Below the pieces are notes generated by a model. It was not told where the DNA came from. It saw nothing but the letters and a program-made list of their open reading frames with translations, and did no database searches. DNA of 64,000 nucleotides from Corallochytrium limacisporum Hawaii (Eukaryota; Protista; Pluriformea): assembly GCA_002811645.1 (NCBI GenBank), contig PDIP01000260.1, forward strand, positions 4,839 to 68,838, read 5' to 3'. Shown here in pieces: positions 1 to 11,868 of this stretch (position 1 is its first letter; each line of letters opens with the position of its first letter). Made by a program: the position numbers and the translations under genes.

Positions 1-597
1 CACCAGACCCCGGTCACTGCAATTCTTCCCCCGGCACCCGCACCTTTCGGGACAATGGGGTTCGGTGTTCGCCGCCCTACGCAGAGATGGAGAAATACAG
101 TGTCGTGTGTGCGAGTGCGCAAGGCAGAGCCCGCAAGGGTAAATTTCGGCAGGTGAGAAGAAACGAGGGGGGCGGGGGCCTCAAGTAACCCACCGCGTGA
201 CCCGCTCGCTGAAACACCCCTCCCTTGGCTGCTCCCACTCTGGCCATGGAAGTGGGGAGGGTCGCGTGGCTGGGCAGCAAGGATGGGACCAAGGGACCCT
301 CCACGCACGGCGTCACAGTAGGACCCGTGATCAATCGCTTGTTCTGTGTTAGCTGTTCGCGAATAGACAGGATCAGGTTTGGATCCTTCGTTGTGTAGGA
401 GGTTTTCATTGTATTTAAGACAGATGCATTGGCGTAGGATTCAAAAAATGCTGAGCTTTTTTGCTCACAATAGTTGGGGAAGCTTCAGGATTGGTGACAT
501 TCCTTGACACAAGAAAGGTGAGGTGTACACAATGGCATCATGACCTAACGAGCAAATACGATTGTTGTTCATAAAATAGACACAGAATACTTGAACC

Positions 598-3228
598 ATG
601 TCGGTTAATGCAGGTTTAAAGGCACTGGCACCTCCGGTCAAATTCGGAAATAGCCACACGGTCTGGCGCCTTGAGACCGGCAGTCGCAAAGCCCCCGCAA
701 AGAAGTCAGGATCAGTAGGGTTCGGTGTCCTGGCCAGGAATGCAGTTCAGCCTGGTGCTTCAAAGGACACAGTCCTTCTAACGGTGGATGGTACGGGTAT
801 ATTTGAATTCCACATTAGGGATTCGCAAATGATACAGTCCTGGTCCTGTGGTGTTGATCGGTCGTTCCTCCTTGGTGCTGTCGCCTCATGGAAAACTAAT
901 TGCATTCACACGGTATCCAACACTGGACACCTGCTATCATGGCCAATGGCTAGCACGAATTGGGAAAATGAATTTGTAGCAGTCAAATTGGCGAGTAAAG
1001 AACTGATCTCATTGATCCCAACTGGGCACACGGTCGCAGACGTAGTTATTGTGAGCAGCGATGGTAGTTTGTATTTGAACCAAAACGAAGGCTTTGAGGA
1101 GGATGGGAATAACAAGACGCCTTCCAAAAAGTCCACAAAGAAAAAAGCAAGCACAGGTAAGGGGATTACGGAAGTGCGTCTGCCCAAGCTCGTGGAGAAG
1201 CGGAATCTCAGAGTCCAGGCTGTAGTAAAGCGAGGCAGTGAGAGCAGCAAGTCCGATGCCACATCGTTGCAGTTGGCCTTCTTTGTGACTACAGAGAATG
1301 AAAAGGACGGTCTGCTGGTGCTGGTTGATCTAAATCTGGAAACCCGTTCACTAGCCCAAGTCACAGACGCGGAGACCCGCATTGAAAGCGTCATGTTGCC
1401 CGCTGGACAATCAGAGGCCACCATTGCCACGGCAGCATTCAATAGTAATGCGTCAGTGCTGTCTGTAGGGTTCGACAACGGTACGGTCGCGTTCTACGAC
1501 CTTACGGAGAAGGAAGGCGAATTGAAACCTGTGGCCATCAGCCGGGTTGCAGAACGAAGCGGTTCTGAAGCAGTCTTGCCGTCATCGAAACGCCGTCGGA
1601 CCACGTCGTCAGCTTCGACAGGAAGTGTTCCAGGGCACAACAGCGATGATGCCGAAATGTACTTGGAGCATTTAGTTTCGGACTATTTCTTGTCCCTGTT
1701 CGATGGGGAGCTCAAAGCCTGGGACTGCCGACGAGGTCTGTGCCAATCTGGAGAGCACACCCTTTTGCAGGAGTCATCTGCCACCAAGGATGAGATGAAA
1801 CGGTTCCGTAATTCGCTGGTGCGGGCCGTGCTAGTTAGATCAGACCACTTGATTGTTGCCACCGATGGTGTAGTCATTGCCCAGCCCGTGTCAGCGGAGC
1901 CCTTGGGCGATCTAGCATTCCTCGGCGGAGCCCTCCGTGGTAGGAGCACCAAAGCACCCTTTGAGGTCCTCTCCGTGCCAGTTGCCACTGAAAAAGATGA
2001 AGCTCAGCGTTTCGAAAAGCTCATGAAGATCGAGAGCGAACAGCTGCCTACAGTGCTGAAGACCATAAGGGACAATAAGAGTGGCGCGGACAAGAACTTA
2101 ACAAAGTTTCTGAAGGCTCTAGCGGACGTGGACACGCCTGAATTGATCGCTTCCGTGCAACATCGCCAGAAGTTGGAGGCCTACCTGACCGACCTCAAGG
2201 GCCGCCTCGCCGAGGAAACTGACTCTTCTAAGCGCCATCGACTGTTGCGCAAACGAGGCAAGACCATCCGCAAGCTTGGCGCCACTAAAGATAGGATCCG
2301 TTCCAAGCGCCGCCTGGCCATTTCAATGCAGACCCTGAATCAGATCCTAGAATCCTTGCTGGCATCCAAGAACTCTCTCGCTTTAGTGCCTGTTACTCTG
2401 CTGCTGCGTACCGATCGGGTAAGTGCCAACGTGCACCCACAATTGCTGGAACGGATCTTCAAGGAGCAGAACTTCTTTCTCCTCGAACAGTACATTCTTC
2501 ATGTGCACGACATCACTCCTGCACAAGTGCTTGAGATAATCCAATTTGCTGTCAGTCTACAGGGCACCAAAGGCATGGAGAAGTACGCTAGATCTGGACG
2601 CAAGTCAGATATCAAAGCCACTAAAGACAGCCGTCTGAAAAAACCCGAGCGTGACGCAGACCTTCTGATCTTGCCTGAAGCCGATGGTTCTGACATATTC
2701 CTGCAGCTTGTCACTTCCTGCAGTCACAGCCCTCATGCGATGCAAGACGTGGTCACTGCGCTGAACAACACGAACGCCATTGCCATGCTTTCGTTCTGCG
2801 CCCGTTGGTTGCAGGCCTATGTAGACCCAGATTCTGTGGAGGGAGACGACAATGAGACCAAGAAGGTTGATGCTATCAAGGCCTCTGATTTCGTTACCCG
2901 TGTACCTGTTCTTTCCCAAGTGCTTTTCTGGACGAATGTGGTACTTGATGCCAAAATGTCGGTCATCATCAGTGACACCTCTCTAGGTCAGGTTCTCAGG
3001 GCCATGCGTAATCATATCAATGCATATATGCCGTCCTCGACAGACTTTGGTGTGGTCGTCGGGCACCTTGCGGACCTCGAAAGCGCTGCAACTCTGCACC
3101 AGCGCCACCTGCGCCGCCGCAAAGGCAAGCGGGGTGGTTCGGGTAATGATCTGCGCCTGACTGGAGGTATTGTCGGCACTGTGAAGGTGGGCGAGTACAC
3201 CGTGGAAAGACTGGTCTTGCCATTCTAA
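598..3228 (+). CDS. NOL11: Nucleolar protein 11 / Utp8-like SSU processome (UTP-A) subunit
   Basis: 876-aa ORF. N-terminal FHIRDSQMIQSWSC resembles NOL11 YKVSDQKPLGSWSV; C-terminal PVLSQVLFWTNVVLDAK resembles PTLNQIMDWICLLLDAN; the end YTVERLVLPF resembles YSIEVLELF. Confidence 0.75.
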   Translation: MSVNAGLKALAPPVKFGNSHTVWRLETGSRKAPAKKSGSVGFGVLARNAVQPGASKDTVLLTVDGTGIFEFHIRDSQMIQSWSCGVDRSFLLGAVASWKTNCIHTVSNTGHLLSWPMASTNWENEFVAVKLASKELISLIPTGHTVADVVIVSSDGSLYLNQNEGFEEDGNNKTPSKKSTKKKASTGKGITEVRLPKLVEKRNLRVQAVVKRGSESSKSDATSLQLAFFVTTENEKDGLLVLVDLNLETRSLAQVTDAETRIESVMLPAGQSEATIATAAFNSNASVLSVGFDNGTVAFYDLTEKEGELKPVAISRVAERSGSEAVLPSSKRRRTTSSASTGSVPGHNSDDAEMYLEHLVSDYFLSLFDGELKAWDCRRGLCQSGEHTLLQESSATKDEMKRFRNSLVRAVLVRSDHLIVATDGVVIAQPVSAEPLGDLAFLGGALRGRSTKAPFEVLSVPVATEKDEAQRFEKLMKIESEQLPTVLKTIRDNKSGADKNLTKFLKALADVDTPELIASVQHRQKLEAYLTDLKGRLAEETDSSKRHRLLRKRGKTIRKLGATKDRIRSKRRLAISMQTLNQILESLLASKNSLALVPVTLLLRTDRVSANVHPQLLERIFKEQNFFLLEQYILHVHDITPAQVLEIIQFAVSLQGTKGMEKYARSGRKSDIKATKDSRLKKPERDADLLILPEADGSDIFLQLVTSCSHSPHAMQDVVTALNNTNAIAMLSFCARWLQAYVDPDSVEGDDNETKKVDAIKASDFVTRVPVLSQVLFWTNVVLDAKMSVIISDTSLGQVLRAMRNHINAYMPSSTDFGVVVGHLADLESAATLHQRHLRRRKGKRGGSGNDLRLTGGIVGTVKVGEYTVERLVLPF

Positions 3229-3367
3229 GAACTGTTTCCATGCCATTAACAAATGAAATAGATTGAAATGATGCAGCTCAGCATCAACAAGTTCACTTTC
3301 GGTCCTGAATATCACACAATGCTGGCGATTTATGGGGGCCTATTTTCCGAACCTTTTGGGCCGCTGA

Positions 3368-3381
3368 TTTTGGCGCGAAAA
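3368..3381. promoter_or_regulatory. E2F-type site TTTTGGCGCGAAAA upstream of GCP2
   Basis: Reverse complement contains TTTCGCGCCAAA, the overlapping double E2F element known from DHFR promoters; about 530 bp upstream of the ATG at 3908. Confidence 0.5.
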
Positions 3382-3460
3382 GCCGAAGTTTCCCCCTGCC
3401 TGGAGAATAAAAAGGGGCGTTGGGGATCCAAGCGCGCGGTACTTCAGCGGGGTCAAAATG

Positions 3461-3489
3461 CCCCCCCCCCCGGGGGGGGGCCCGGGGGG
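3461..3489. repeat. C11-G9 homopolymer palindrome followed by C3G6
   Basis: Read directly from the sequence; about 430 bp upstream of the GCP2 ATG. Confidence 0.9.
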
Positions 3490-3907
3490 ACAGCAGGCTC
3501 CGTACGGACGGCCCAGTGGTGGTCCCCACAGAGAGCCAGGCAAACGCCCCGGTGGGACCTCACAATGACAATGAAGGCGGCGCACAAGCGGACAGATAGT
3601 CAGACGGCCTCCTAAGGCAACGATCTGTTCTACTGTCGTGGGCTGTGTGCCTGGTGGATAGTGCATTACTTTTGTTGATTTTGTCTCTTCGTCCTTAGCG
3701 GCTTATTGCTGAGCAGAATGCAAAATAGACTTAGAGAGCTACTACAAGATGTAGATCTACACTCTGCATAAGTAGTAGTGCGTTGTATACTTGCGACTCC
3801 TGGTCACGCTCTTGAGCTCTTACATTTGAATTTAGTAAACGCAACACAGAATGACCAAGTGAACAAAAAGGTTCGGGTATTCGACATTGCACAAATTTAC
3901 AGCGACC

Positions 3908-6900
3908 ATGCCAGGGGAAACGGCAACGGCGGGCGGCGTGCAGACTCCGACGTCTCTGCGGTCAAAGACTCCTGTGGCGAGCACCGGTTCAAAGGACCCC
4001 ATGGTTTCTCGCCTGATGGATCTGCTCAGCCAGGCAACTACCACACAGCAAACTCACGGCATGAGTGCCTATATTGATCTTCTCAATACGACCGGCCCTG
4101 GGGGTTCGGTGACCGGCAGTGCAGTGAAGTCCACACCTGCGGGAACAAATATGAGTGCCACCGCAGCACGCCGTCGCATTGCCGAGCGTAGTGGCAACGG
4201 TGAAGAATTCTTGCGCCGACATGAGCAGATCAGCAAGCGCGTACAGACTACAGAGCAGCAGGCAGCCTTAGAGGGCTTGACCATCGTCCTTAGTCGCTGC
4301 CTCGAGTCCGCACCGGTTGTGAAGATGCTCGCGCGCACTGTGGATCAGGCAGGACCACAGGGACTGGCAGCGTCTCAGTACTACGAATCACTGCGTGGAC
4401 GTATCGACCTACGGTCGCCTCAACGGAAGGCGGGAGCGCCACCGGGGCCCACAGTAAAAGGACATCAGGATTCTTTTACGCACGAAGGCGTACAGAAAGC
4501 AGCTGAACGGAACCGCTCGGCAGCATACAGTCTGCGCAACAGTGTAGAACTATCGGAACGCTTCGGTGGACCATCAATCTTCAAATTGGTGCACCAAAAG
4601 GGGGGTAGCCAGAGCAAAGAGAACGGGAATGTTCAGGACGGCACACCTGAGATGCCCAAATGGTACATCGAGAAGAGCGCCATTCACGTGCCGGACCCGT
4701 CCATGTACAAGCCCACGGGAACATCTGCGGCAGCTGAGCGTCAGCTGGCTATCAGTCGCAATGTGAAGGAATTGAGCTACGCAGCACAAGAGGCCATTCT
4801 CATGAGCGACCTCCTGTATGCCTTGACCGGCGTCAGTGGCCGATGGATCACTTTGTCTGTGGACCGAAGTGTGAAGAATCGCGAACTCGTTGAGAACTAC
4901 GGTATGACCTTTAGCATTCGGGAGCCCTTTGACGGCGCCTTGCTGAGAATGGCTGAGATGGTTTTGCCTCTGTGCGCTAACTTTTGTCACGTTCATGCCT
5001 TCATGCGCCAGCGGATGCGCTTTCAAGATGGTCGCACACTACACGCCCTTTGCAATGCCTTGCGTGACATTGAGCGTGAGTATCTGTTGCTGATTGCGCA
5101 GCTCGACTCGCGCTTCCGCAGCAAGGTAGGTCTGACACTCCATCATCTGTGGACTGAGATTCAACCGTCGGCCGAGACTTACGCGACACTGACCCGTCTA
5201 CTGCATGATGTCGCGGTTGAAAATCTCCACGGTGGTAAGGTAATCAGTATGGTACATCGTCACGTCTTGCGCAGTCCTCAGGGATCGAAGAACCGTGCAC
5301 TGATGGAGTTTCTCTTTGAGCGCACCGCGGCTCCATTCATGGAGACCCTGCAGACCTGGCTCGCTCTTGGTCGTGTTGCGGATGGCAGTGGGGACTTCAT
5401 GATCGCTGAGGACCAGAGCATGACTATGTCGGACTTTGGCGGCAATTTCAACTCGGACTATTGGGAGCGCCACTTCACGGTCCGCCATGAGATGGTACCG
5501 TCGTTCCTGCAGCCCTACGCGGAAAAAATACTTTGCACTGGCAAGTACATTGATGTGATCCAGCACTGTGCAGCGCGCCAGCAGTCTTCCAGCCGAAAGG
5601 TGACTTCCCGGGACTCCATGACTCATGAAGCGGTAGCTGCTCTTCTCCGGGAGGGCGTAGAGCTCAAGCTCAGCATTGAAGAGGCTGACTACTATCGAAC
5701 TGTTGACCATGCATACACTCGGGCATCGCGCACGCTCTTGATGTTGCTCATGGGACCGCAACGTCTGCCCGATGTCTTCCATTCGCTCAAGGCGTACTTC
5801 TTGTTCTCACAAGGAGATGTTATTGGTCACTTCCTGGATATGGCTGACGAGGAACTGAGCAAGCCGGTGCACGACATTGTACCAAACCGCCTGCAGAGTC
5901 TTCTCGAACTTGCCTTACGGACTGGATCCGCGCCGTTGCCGTACTACGAGAATGTGGAGAGTGGACTCGTCCTGAATACTCTTGTTCAGGAGCTCAGCTC
6001 CATCCTCAACGTCTTGCACGCCAGCCACGAAGCAGACGGCGAGAAGGGCACCGGTGACGGAGACGAACTGACTCTGAACGATCTCACGGATACCCAACAC
6101 GAGGAACCCAGAGTTAGTCCTTATTCTCTGACAGGTCATGAAGCCTTCACCCTTCACATGAACGTGTCATGGCCCAAGAGCCTGGTTGTGCACCAGCGGG
6201 CCCTTACAAAGTACAAACTGCTCTTCAGACAGCTGTTCCACTGTAAACACGTGGAGCGTCAGCTCTGCCAGATCTGGCTTGGCAAGAAGGCTGTCAAGAT
6301 GCTCCCTGCGTCCCGCACTGGTGCGATCGGCCAGGCTAGCCGCATGTGGCAGCGCATGATCAACTTTATTAAGTCTCTGACGCACTACATGGCTTATGAG
6401 GTCATTGACCCAGCCTTTCATGCTTTCCAGCAGCAACTGCCTCAACTGCAAACTGTGGATGAGCTTATCACTGCCCACAACGACTTCCTCGACACATGCA
6501 TTAAACAGTGCATGCTGAGTAATCAGAAGCTGATGAAGATAATCTCCAAGCTGACCGGCATTTGTATCATCTACTGCAACTATCTCAAACGTTTTCTCTC
6601 TGGAGTGGGCGTTATGGGTGGGCCGGACGGCGACTTCACCCTTACCCAACGGGCAGAGATTATGGAATCTCTGCAAACTCTCGCAAATGACGAGACGTTC
6701 ATGCGCACCATGCGTCGCTTCGATGACAACTTCACGTCCCAGATGCACTCTTTGCTGGATACTCTTCTACAGAGCTCGGACGCGGAGGCTGATGCCAATA
6801 TGGCTGCCCTGGTGTCCCGTCTGGACTACAACAACTACTACACAGCCACCAGTGCTAGCCAACGAGCCACACGAGTAGCATCCGCAGCCTCAACATCACT

Positions 6901-7126
6901 CTTCGCCGCAGCCAGTGCAGCAGCCATGGCAAATGCCGCGGACCATCAACACAATGTCACGCCGACCAAGTCTGTGGCACAACCGTCTGAATTTCACAAA
7001 GACTCACATTGGCTAGAGGACAATGGGCCGGAAACCGGCATGAGTATGGGTAACGTTTACCCAGAGCACTTTGAATATGACAATGATGAGGGCGAAGACG
7101 ACGTCACTGGTCCTAAGGAATTTTAA
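3908..7126 (+). CDS. TUBGCP2: Gamma-tubulin complex component 2 (Spc97/GCP2)
   Basis: GRIP1/GRIP2 motifs QEAILMSDLLYALTGVSGRWI, VPSFLQPYAEKILCTGKY, RLQSLLELALR and KYKLLFRQLFHCKHVERQLC. First in-frame ATG is 3908; the ORF track start at 3887 is a TTG. Confidence 0.92.
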   Translation: MPGETATAGGVQTPTSLRSKTPVASTGSKDPMVSRLMDLLSQATTTQQTHGMSAYIDLLNTTGPGGSVTGSAVKSTPAGTNMSATAARRRIAERSGNGEEFLRRHEQISKRVQTTEQQAALEGLTIVLSRCLESAPVVKMLARTVDQAGPQGLAASQYYESLRGRIDLRSPQRKAGAPPGPTVKGHQDSFTHEGVQKAAERNRSAAYSLRNSVELSERFGGPSIFKLVHQKGGSQSKENGNVQDGTPEMPKWYIEKSAIHVPDPSMYKPTGTSAAAERQLAISRNVKELSYAAQEAILMSDLLYALTGVSGRWITLSVDRSVKNRELVENYGMTFSIREPFDGALLRMAEMVLPLCANFCHVHAFMRQRMRFQDGRTLHALCNALRDIEREYLLLIAQLDSRFRSKVGLTLHHLWTEIQPSAETYATLTRLLHDVAVENLHGGKVISMVHRHVLRSPQGSKNRALMEFLFERTAAPFMETLQTWLALGRVADGSGDFMIAEDQSMTMSDFGGNFNSDYWERHFTVRHEMVPSFLQPYAEKILCTGKYIDVIQHCAARQQSSSRKVTSRDSMTHEAVAALLREGVELKLSIEEADYYRTVDHAYTRASRTLLMLLMGPQRLPDVFHSLKAYFLFSQGDVIGHFLDMADEELSKPVHDIVPNRLQSLLELALRTGSAPLPYYENVESGLVLNTLVQELSSILNVLHASHEADGEKGTGDGDELTLNDLTDTQHEEPRVSPYSLTGHEAFTLHMNVSWPKSLVVHQRALTKYKLLFRQLFHCKHVERQLCQIWLGKKAVKMLPASRTGAIGQASRMWQRMINFIKSLTHYMAYEVIDPAFHAFQQQLPQLQTVDELITAHNDFLDTCIKQCMLSNQKLMKIISKLTGICIIYCNYLKRFLSGVGVMGGPDGDFTLTQRAEIMESLQTLANDETFMRTMRRFDDNFTSQMHSLLDTLLQSSDAEADANMAALVSRLDYNNYYTATSASQRATRVASAASTSLFAAASAAAMANAADHQHNVTPTKSVAQPSEFHKDSHWLEDNGPETGMSMGNVYPEHFEYDNDEGEDDVTGPKEF

Positions 7127-7226
7127 ACGGAACCACAATACGCCACAGGCAAACATCGATATAAAATCCCACAGAATTGTATGCAGTCGCGATCCAATTT
7201 ACAAGGGCTCTATCTATCGTTTTCAT

Positions 7227-9806
7227 CTATTGAACTCTCTTGAAAGATTTGGGCACCTTTACCGACTTGTCAACGTAGAACAGTACATAAGCTCTCGAGT
7301 CCTCCACATACCGTGGAGCTATTGGCTTGACCACACTATCGTCGAAATTGTGCCACTGTCCAGTTATGGGGTGCTTGGCCTTGGCAATGTAATGGCCCGA
7401 TTCCAGGGTGCCCATATGGTAGCTCACAGCGTAGAGGTCGTAGCGACGGTTTCGTGTCGCTGGATCCTGCGCAAACTTAGATAGGGAGAGGTCGTTCATA
7501 GGGAAGCGGACATTCGTCTCAATCTTGCGTCGATAGTGACTGTCGAAGCCGAATCGCTTGAGATGCACCAGTAGAATTGGAGGCAAGGACCAGATGGACA
7601 GATCCTTGACCGCATTCCGATGTTTCTTGCATTTAGGGCAGAACCACATGTCGTCGCCTCTCACAATTTCCCGCGTTGTGAGCAGTTCCATGGCATCGAA
7701 GAGATGCATATCTCGTGGTGCCGACGCACCGTCCCGCCGCAGTGGGCAAGTGAGATACATGTATGGATTGAAAGAGCGCGATCGGAAACCACATGTCTGG
7801 CAGGCCAGAACGCTCCTGTACTGTCCCTGAAACAAATTCACGATCAAGCTCTTATTGCGCTTGCGGTAGAATTCCCAGGACATGCGGGCAGCGTCGACAT
7901 CGCTATACTTTTCATACTCCGGCTCTTCTTCGTACCTGCGATCATAGGTCTGGTTCATGTCCTCGTGAAGACCGTCAAGAAGGAAGCTGAGGAATTCTTG
8001 ACTGTCGTGTTGTTGGTATCCGGCAAACTGTTTCGCAAAAAGACCGACCTTGTTCTTGAACGGCACTGGTGCGATAGACTTGACGTTCTGGCTCAGCCAG
8101 AGCGCTGAGACTAAATTCCCAAAGGCCTTCGCCAGCTTACCGCCCGTTCCTAACACGTTCTTCTGATTTATAAAAGCGTGATAAGTACCCGAAATGAAGA
8201 AGTCTGCGAGCAGACTAGTATGGCTCAGACACTGGACAATGGAGTTCATGTAGCACGTGTTTCCCAGGTTTTTCAATCCCACTGCGCCACGGGCTGGCGG
8301 TTGGCCCCTCACTGGTAGCATGGGTGGCATGATGCGGTCAAGGTTGACCCTCTTACGTCGTTGAAGATGCTGAGGTTTATAACCACCTCGACCGCCTTCC
8401 GAAGTTTCTTTGGTGCCTGGGGCGAACTTGATGCCACCCGAGCGGGGTTTTTCGCCTCGATCCACGACGGGTGCTTTTAGGATCCCTGTGGGCTTACCAG
8501 CGCGGTCTACAGCCGGCTGCACTGCAGCTGCACCTGCGGCCGCTGCTGCACCAGCTCCGACACTGGCCGCCCCTCCTGCTGCTGTTTCCGATGACATAGC
8601 TTGTTCTCCCTCCCCTGCTTCCGTTGCGGACAGGGGTACCTCTTGATCTGCGACTGATAACCCCTCCAGTGATGGGTACGACACTTGCATTGCAAGAGCA
8701 GCGGCGGCAGCTTCCTTTGCCTCCTTATCACCGATGTCACCAACCATACTGGTGACCTCCTCAGTGTCGATCTCTTCTTCCTCTGCCTCCTCGTATGGGT
8801 TGATGAGATCGTCTTCATCCGCTTCTTCTTCTACTTGGGGTACCACACACAGGTCCTGGTATCGCCGGGCAAAGGATTCCACATCCACTTCTAGAACCCT
8901 GACCGGCATGTTCTGATACAAAGTATCAAAAGCAGTCTTGACAGGACCTTCCATATTGTTCTGAAACTTATCCAGCTCTGCTTCGCTGGTACACAGGACA
9001 CAGTACCGGAAGCCGGTGCGGACAGTGGCAAAGTCTGCCCCGGCGAATGCCTGTTTCCCCTCTGCATCTTGTGCCAAGTGGATCAACTGATCCGGTGTGA
9101 TAGTAATGGGCACTTGCTGTTCAGGAACATTCACATTGCTCACAATCTGATTGTTGCTGGGTGTCTTCTGCTTGTCCGCAATGCGGACCACTTTGAAGTT
9201 TTCGGGATCGCGAACGTCAATGATGAGCATGTTGTCCCCTGTAAAGTAGAGTTGCGCCATGTGTCGAATGGGCATGTACTTATAGCTATCCTGTGTCTTG
9301 CGCAATTTTGTTTCACCGTAGCAGTCCGATGTACCATCCTCGGGCTCTTCTCGCTTCGTTCCTGTAGGTGACGCAGGCGAAGCTGAAGGTGGTGGCTGTG
9401 CGCTCGACATGCCACCAAGCCCTCCCCCAGATCCTCTCCGTTGTTGTGCATTGCCGTCAATGGATAGTCCGTTCTCTTTTAATTTATATGCTTGCTGTAG
9501 CATTGCTTGCAACTTTTCGACCTTCTCCAGCGCTTCAATAAAATCTTTTGTGAGCCCTGCCTTCTGATCTGCTGGTAGGCCCATCTTCTTTGCCTTGTCG
9601 AAGAGCTCGAGGGCTAGAAAGTATCGGAGGTACGCATTCTCAGCGTCACGCTGCTGAAATGACATCTCTGCTTCTTCACATGATCGCTGGAATTTGAAGA
9701 CTAGCTGTTTTGCCGATCCGCCTTTTGCAAGCTGCATCCGCAAACGTTGATCCCTGTGCTCCTTGAGGCTGTCCCAAGAAGCCAGCTTGGGACGTTGCCA
9801 AGACAT
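7227..9806 (-). CDS. USP8: Ubiquitin-specific protease 8 (MIT-like N-terminus, rhodanese domain, USP catalytic domain)
   Basis: Cys box GLKNLGNTCYMNS, QHDSQEFL, His box HMGTLESGHY; rhodanese LIIDVRDPENF; two PxV-D-RxxKP SH3 ligands (PAVDRAGKP, PVVDRGEKP); ATG at 9806. Confidence 0.9.
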   Translation of the reverse strand: MSWQRPKLASWDSLKEHRDQRLRMQLAKGGSAKQLVFKFQRSCEEAEMSFQQRDAENAYLRYFLALELFDKAKKMGLPADQKAGLTKDFIEALEKVEKLQAMLQQAYKLKENGLSIDGNAQQRRGSGGGLGGMSSAQPPPSASPASPTGTKREEPEDGTSDCYGETKLRKTQDSYKYMPIRHMAQLYFTGDNMLIIDVRDPENFKVVRIADKQKTPSNNQIVSNVNVPEQQVPITITPDQLIHLAQDAEGKQAFAGADFATVRTGFRYCVLCTSEAELDKFQNNMEGPVKTAFDTLYQNMPVRVLEVDVESFARRYQDLCVVPQVEEEADEDDLINPYEEAEEEEIDTEEVTSMVGDIGDKEAKEAAAAALAMQVSYPSLEGLSVADQEVPLSATEAGEGEQAMSSETAAGGAASVGAGAAAAAGAAAVQPAVDRAGKPTGILKAPVVDRGEKPRSGGIKFAPGTKETSEGGRGGYKPQHLQRRKRVNLDRIMPPMLPVRGQPPARGAVGLKNLGNTCYMNSIVQCLSHTSLLADFFISGTYHAFINQKNVLGTGGKLAKAFGNLVSALWLSQNVKSIAPVPFKNKVGLFAKQFAGYQQHDSQEFLSFLLDGLHEDMNQTYDRRYEEEPEYEKYSDVDAARMSWEFYRKRNKSLIVNLFQGQYRSVLACQTCGFRSRSFNPYMYLTCPLRRDGASAPRDMHLFDAMELLTTREIVRGDDMWFCPKCKKHRNAVKDLSIWSLPPILLVHLKRFGFDSHYRRKIETNVRFPMNDLSLSKFAQDPATRNRRYDLYAVSYHMGTLESGHYIAKAKHPITGQWHNFDDSVVKPIAPRYVEDSRAYVLFYVDKSVKVPKSFKRVQ

Positions 9807-10661
9807 GGCTCGGCTTTCCTTCAACTGCCTGCCTTACACAAGTTATTTTCCTCACGACTCCATGGTCTCTTTGCGACACAAGGTCGTAGACCAGCAAATT
9901 CTACATCAAGGGCGAGTTCACTTATCTAGATGTTCATAAGGCTATCATACCATACAACCAGCAGAATTTACTCCCTATATACCTTATTCAGTGGTAATAA
10001 AGTCAACAAAGAACTACAGACTTCGACGATCCTGCGCTGATGATGATAACGACACCTCAAATGCACAAGTCCCCGTGAGCCAGTTGCGTGGAGAGCCAAG
10101 TGAAGGACCGCACACCCGGCCAGCCCCCGTCTTGCAGCGAGTCCAAACACAGTGGCACCCCAGGGTCCCTTCCCGCTAGGCGAGGTGGGACGTTTACTCA
10201 GCTGAGTCAGGTCAACACTCCCAGCATAAGAGCTGAGCGGGTCAGCGAACGACGTTCCTTAGCCGATTCATATGATTTCACATCAAATCCAAATACTATA
10301 CATACTTATTGAGAATTTTTCGGGGTTTGATTTCGTTTCCTTTTTTATGCCTATAATACGTCATCAAAAAACCTCAATCAATAAATGCAATCAAAAGCTG
10401 CAAACACAAACCCTTATCGTTGGGGATTTTGGGAACCCGTGGTGGACGTTGCCTGCGATGACAGCGGCCCCATGTGATGTGACTTGGCTCAAGTGCCTGA
10501 AATGAAGGCGCCGGGTTCGGACATCGTGCTGTCATTTTCGTATTATTTCTTTTCGTTGCTCTTCAATACCTTGTGGTATGTAAGAACATAGGTGCCATAA
10601 GCACGTGGAATTCTATCTTGAACCAAATGAAGAAACTATCAGCACAAACAACCTCACAAAC

Positions 10662-11735
10662 ATGGCGGAGGTAGACCTAGCCAAATTGGCGGACAAGAAG
10701 AATCTTTACGACATCCTTGGAGTGGATCGCCATGCCACGGAACATGAGATCAAGAAAGCCTACCGTAAGCTGGCTCTGAAGTATCACCCTGACAAACAAC
10801 CCAGTGAGGAGGATGCGGAGAAGTTCAAAGAGATCTCCGTTGCCTACGCGGTTCTCAGTGACCCCAACAAACGTCAGCGGTATGATCGGGACGGTACCCT
10901 GGGTGAGCTTCAGGGCAGCATGGAGGCAGAATCACTAGATGTTGAGAACATGGGCTTCGGCAACCGCCTGCTGGCCAGTATGTTATCGAAGTTCGTGCCA
11001 CTGCCAACCAAGGTCAGCCAGAGTGTAATCAGTGATGCCAAGATGAACATTAAGAAGAAGGCTGTCGAATATAGAATCGATTCGATGCCTCGTGATCTGC
11101 AGGTTCCTAAGAACTCAGCCATGTACTTCCTTGTCAAGGTCAACGAAATTGTGGCACGGGACGGCTTCGCGGTCAATGTCTTTTCGCAGAACGGCAGCAG
11201 ATTCAAACTGATCTATTTCGGACCTGACGGCGACATCCGCAGCCAGGAAGAATCCGGTAAAACTCACGGAAAGAAAGGTCTGCAGGCCACCATGGTGTTT
11301 GCACCATTTGAGAACAAAGACTTTGATCAGAGCCCATTCGCCGAAGCTCTCAAGAAACTCGAATCTGAAAAGAACGAAATGCCCTACATTTTTGCGGAAC
11401 TTGACTCCCTGCTGCCGAGCCGGTACCACCGCTTCTTAGAGCCCGGGAGCCATTACTTTGGAATCTACGGGGACAATTTCTTCCAGGCATCAAAGGTTCA
11501 GGTCACGGTCCGGGCACTTAAGCCTTCTGTTGTCGATCGTATCCAGGGACTTGAGAATGAGCTCATAGATCGTCAGGGAGAGCTTCGCATGCTCGAGAAT
11601 GAATTCATTGAAGCCAAGCGTCGGTTGGAAGCAGCTGTGGAGAAGGTCATCAACCAGACCAAGGAAGTGGATGAAATGCTAGAAAACCGCAGAAAACTTT
11701 ACAACGAATATGCTAGTGCGGATATCTTTAGGTAG
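10662..11735 (+). CDS. DnaJ/Hsp40 co-chaperone of the ARG1/ARL (DnaJ15/16-like) family with C-terminal coiled coil
   Basis: J domain with HPD; SRFKLIYF and [11 protein letters not shown] match ARG1-family blocks; coiled-coil tail; ATG at 10662. Confidence 0.85.
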   Translation: MAEVDLAKLADKKNLYDILGVDRHATEHEIKKAYRKLALKYHPDKQPSEEDAEKFKEISVAYAVLSDPNKRQRYDRDGTLGELQGSMEAESLDVENMGFGNRLLASMLSKFVPLPTKVSQSVISDAKMNIKKKAVEYRIDSMPRDLQVPKNSAMYFLVKVNEIVARDGFAVNVFSQNGSRFKLIYFGPDGDIRSQEESGKTHGKKGLQATMVFAPFENKDFDQSPFAEALKKLESEKNEMPYIFAELDSLLPSRYHRFLEPGSHYFGIYGDNFFQASKVQVTVRALKPSVVDRIQGLENELIDRQGELRMLENEFIEAKRRLEAAVEKVINQTKEVDEMLENRRKLYNEYASADIFR

Positions 11736-11868
11736 ACGTATCATCTTAGAGCGTATGGAAGAATGTATTCAATCAACTTTCTTGTGAAATAGAATCCTCA
11801 TCATGCCATGTGTATTAAAAAAATGGAATACAGTCATGCAACTTGTCTATCTTGGACATCAAATGCCT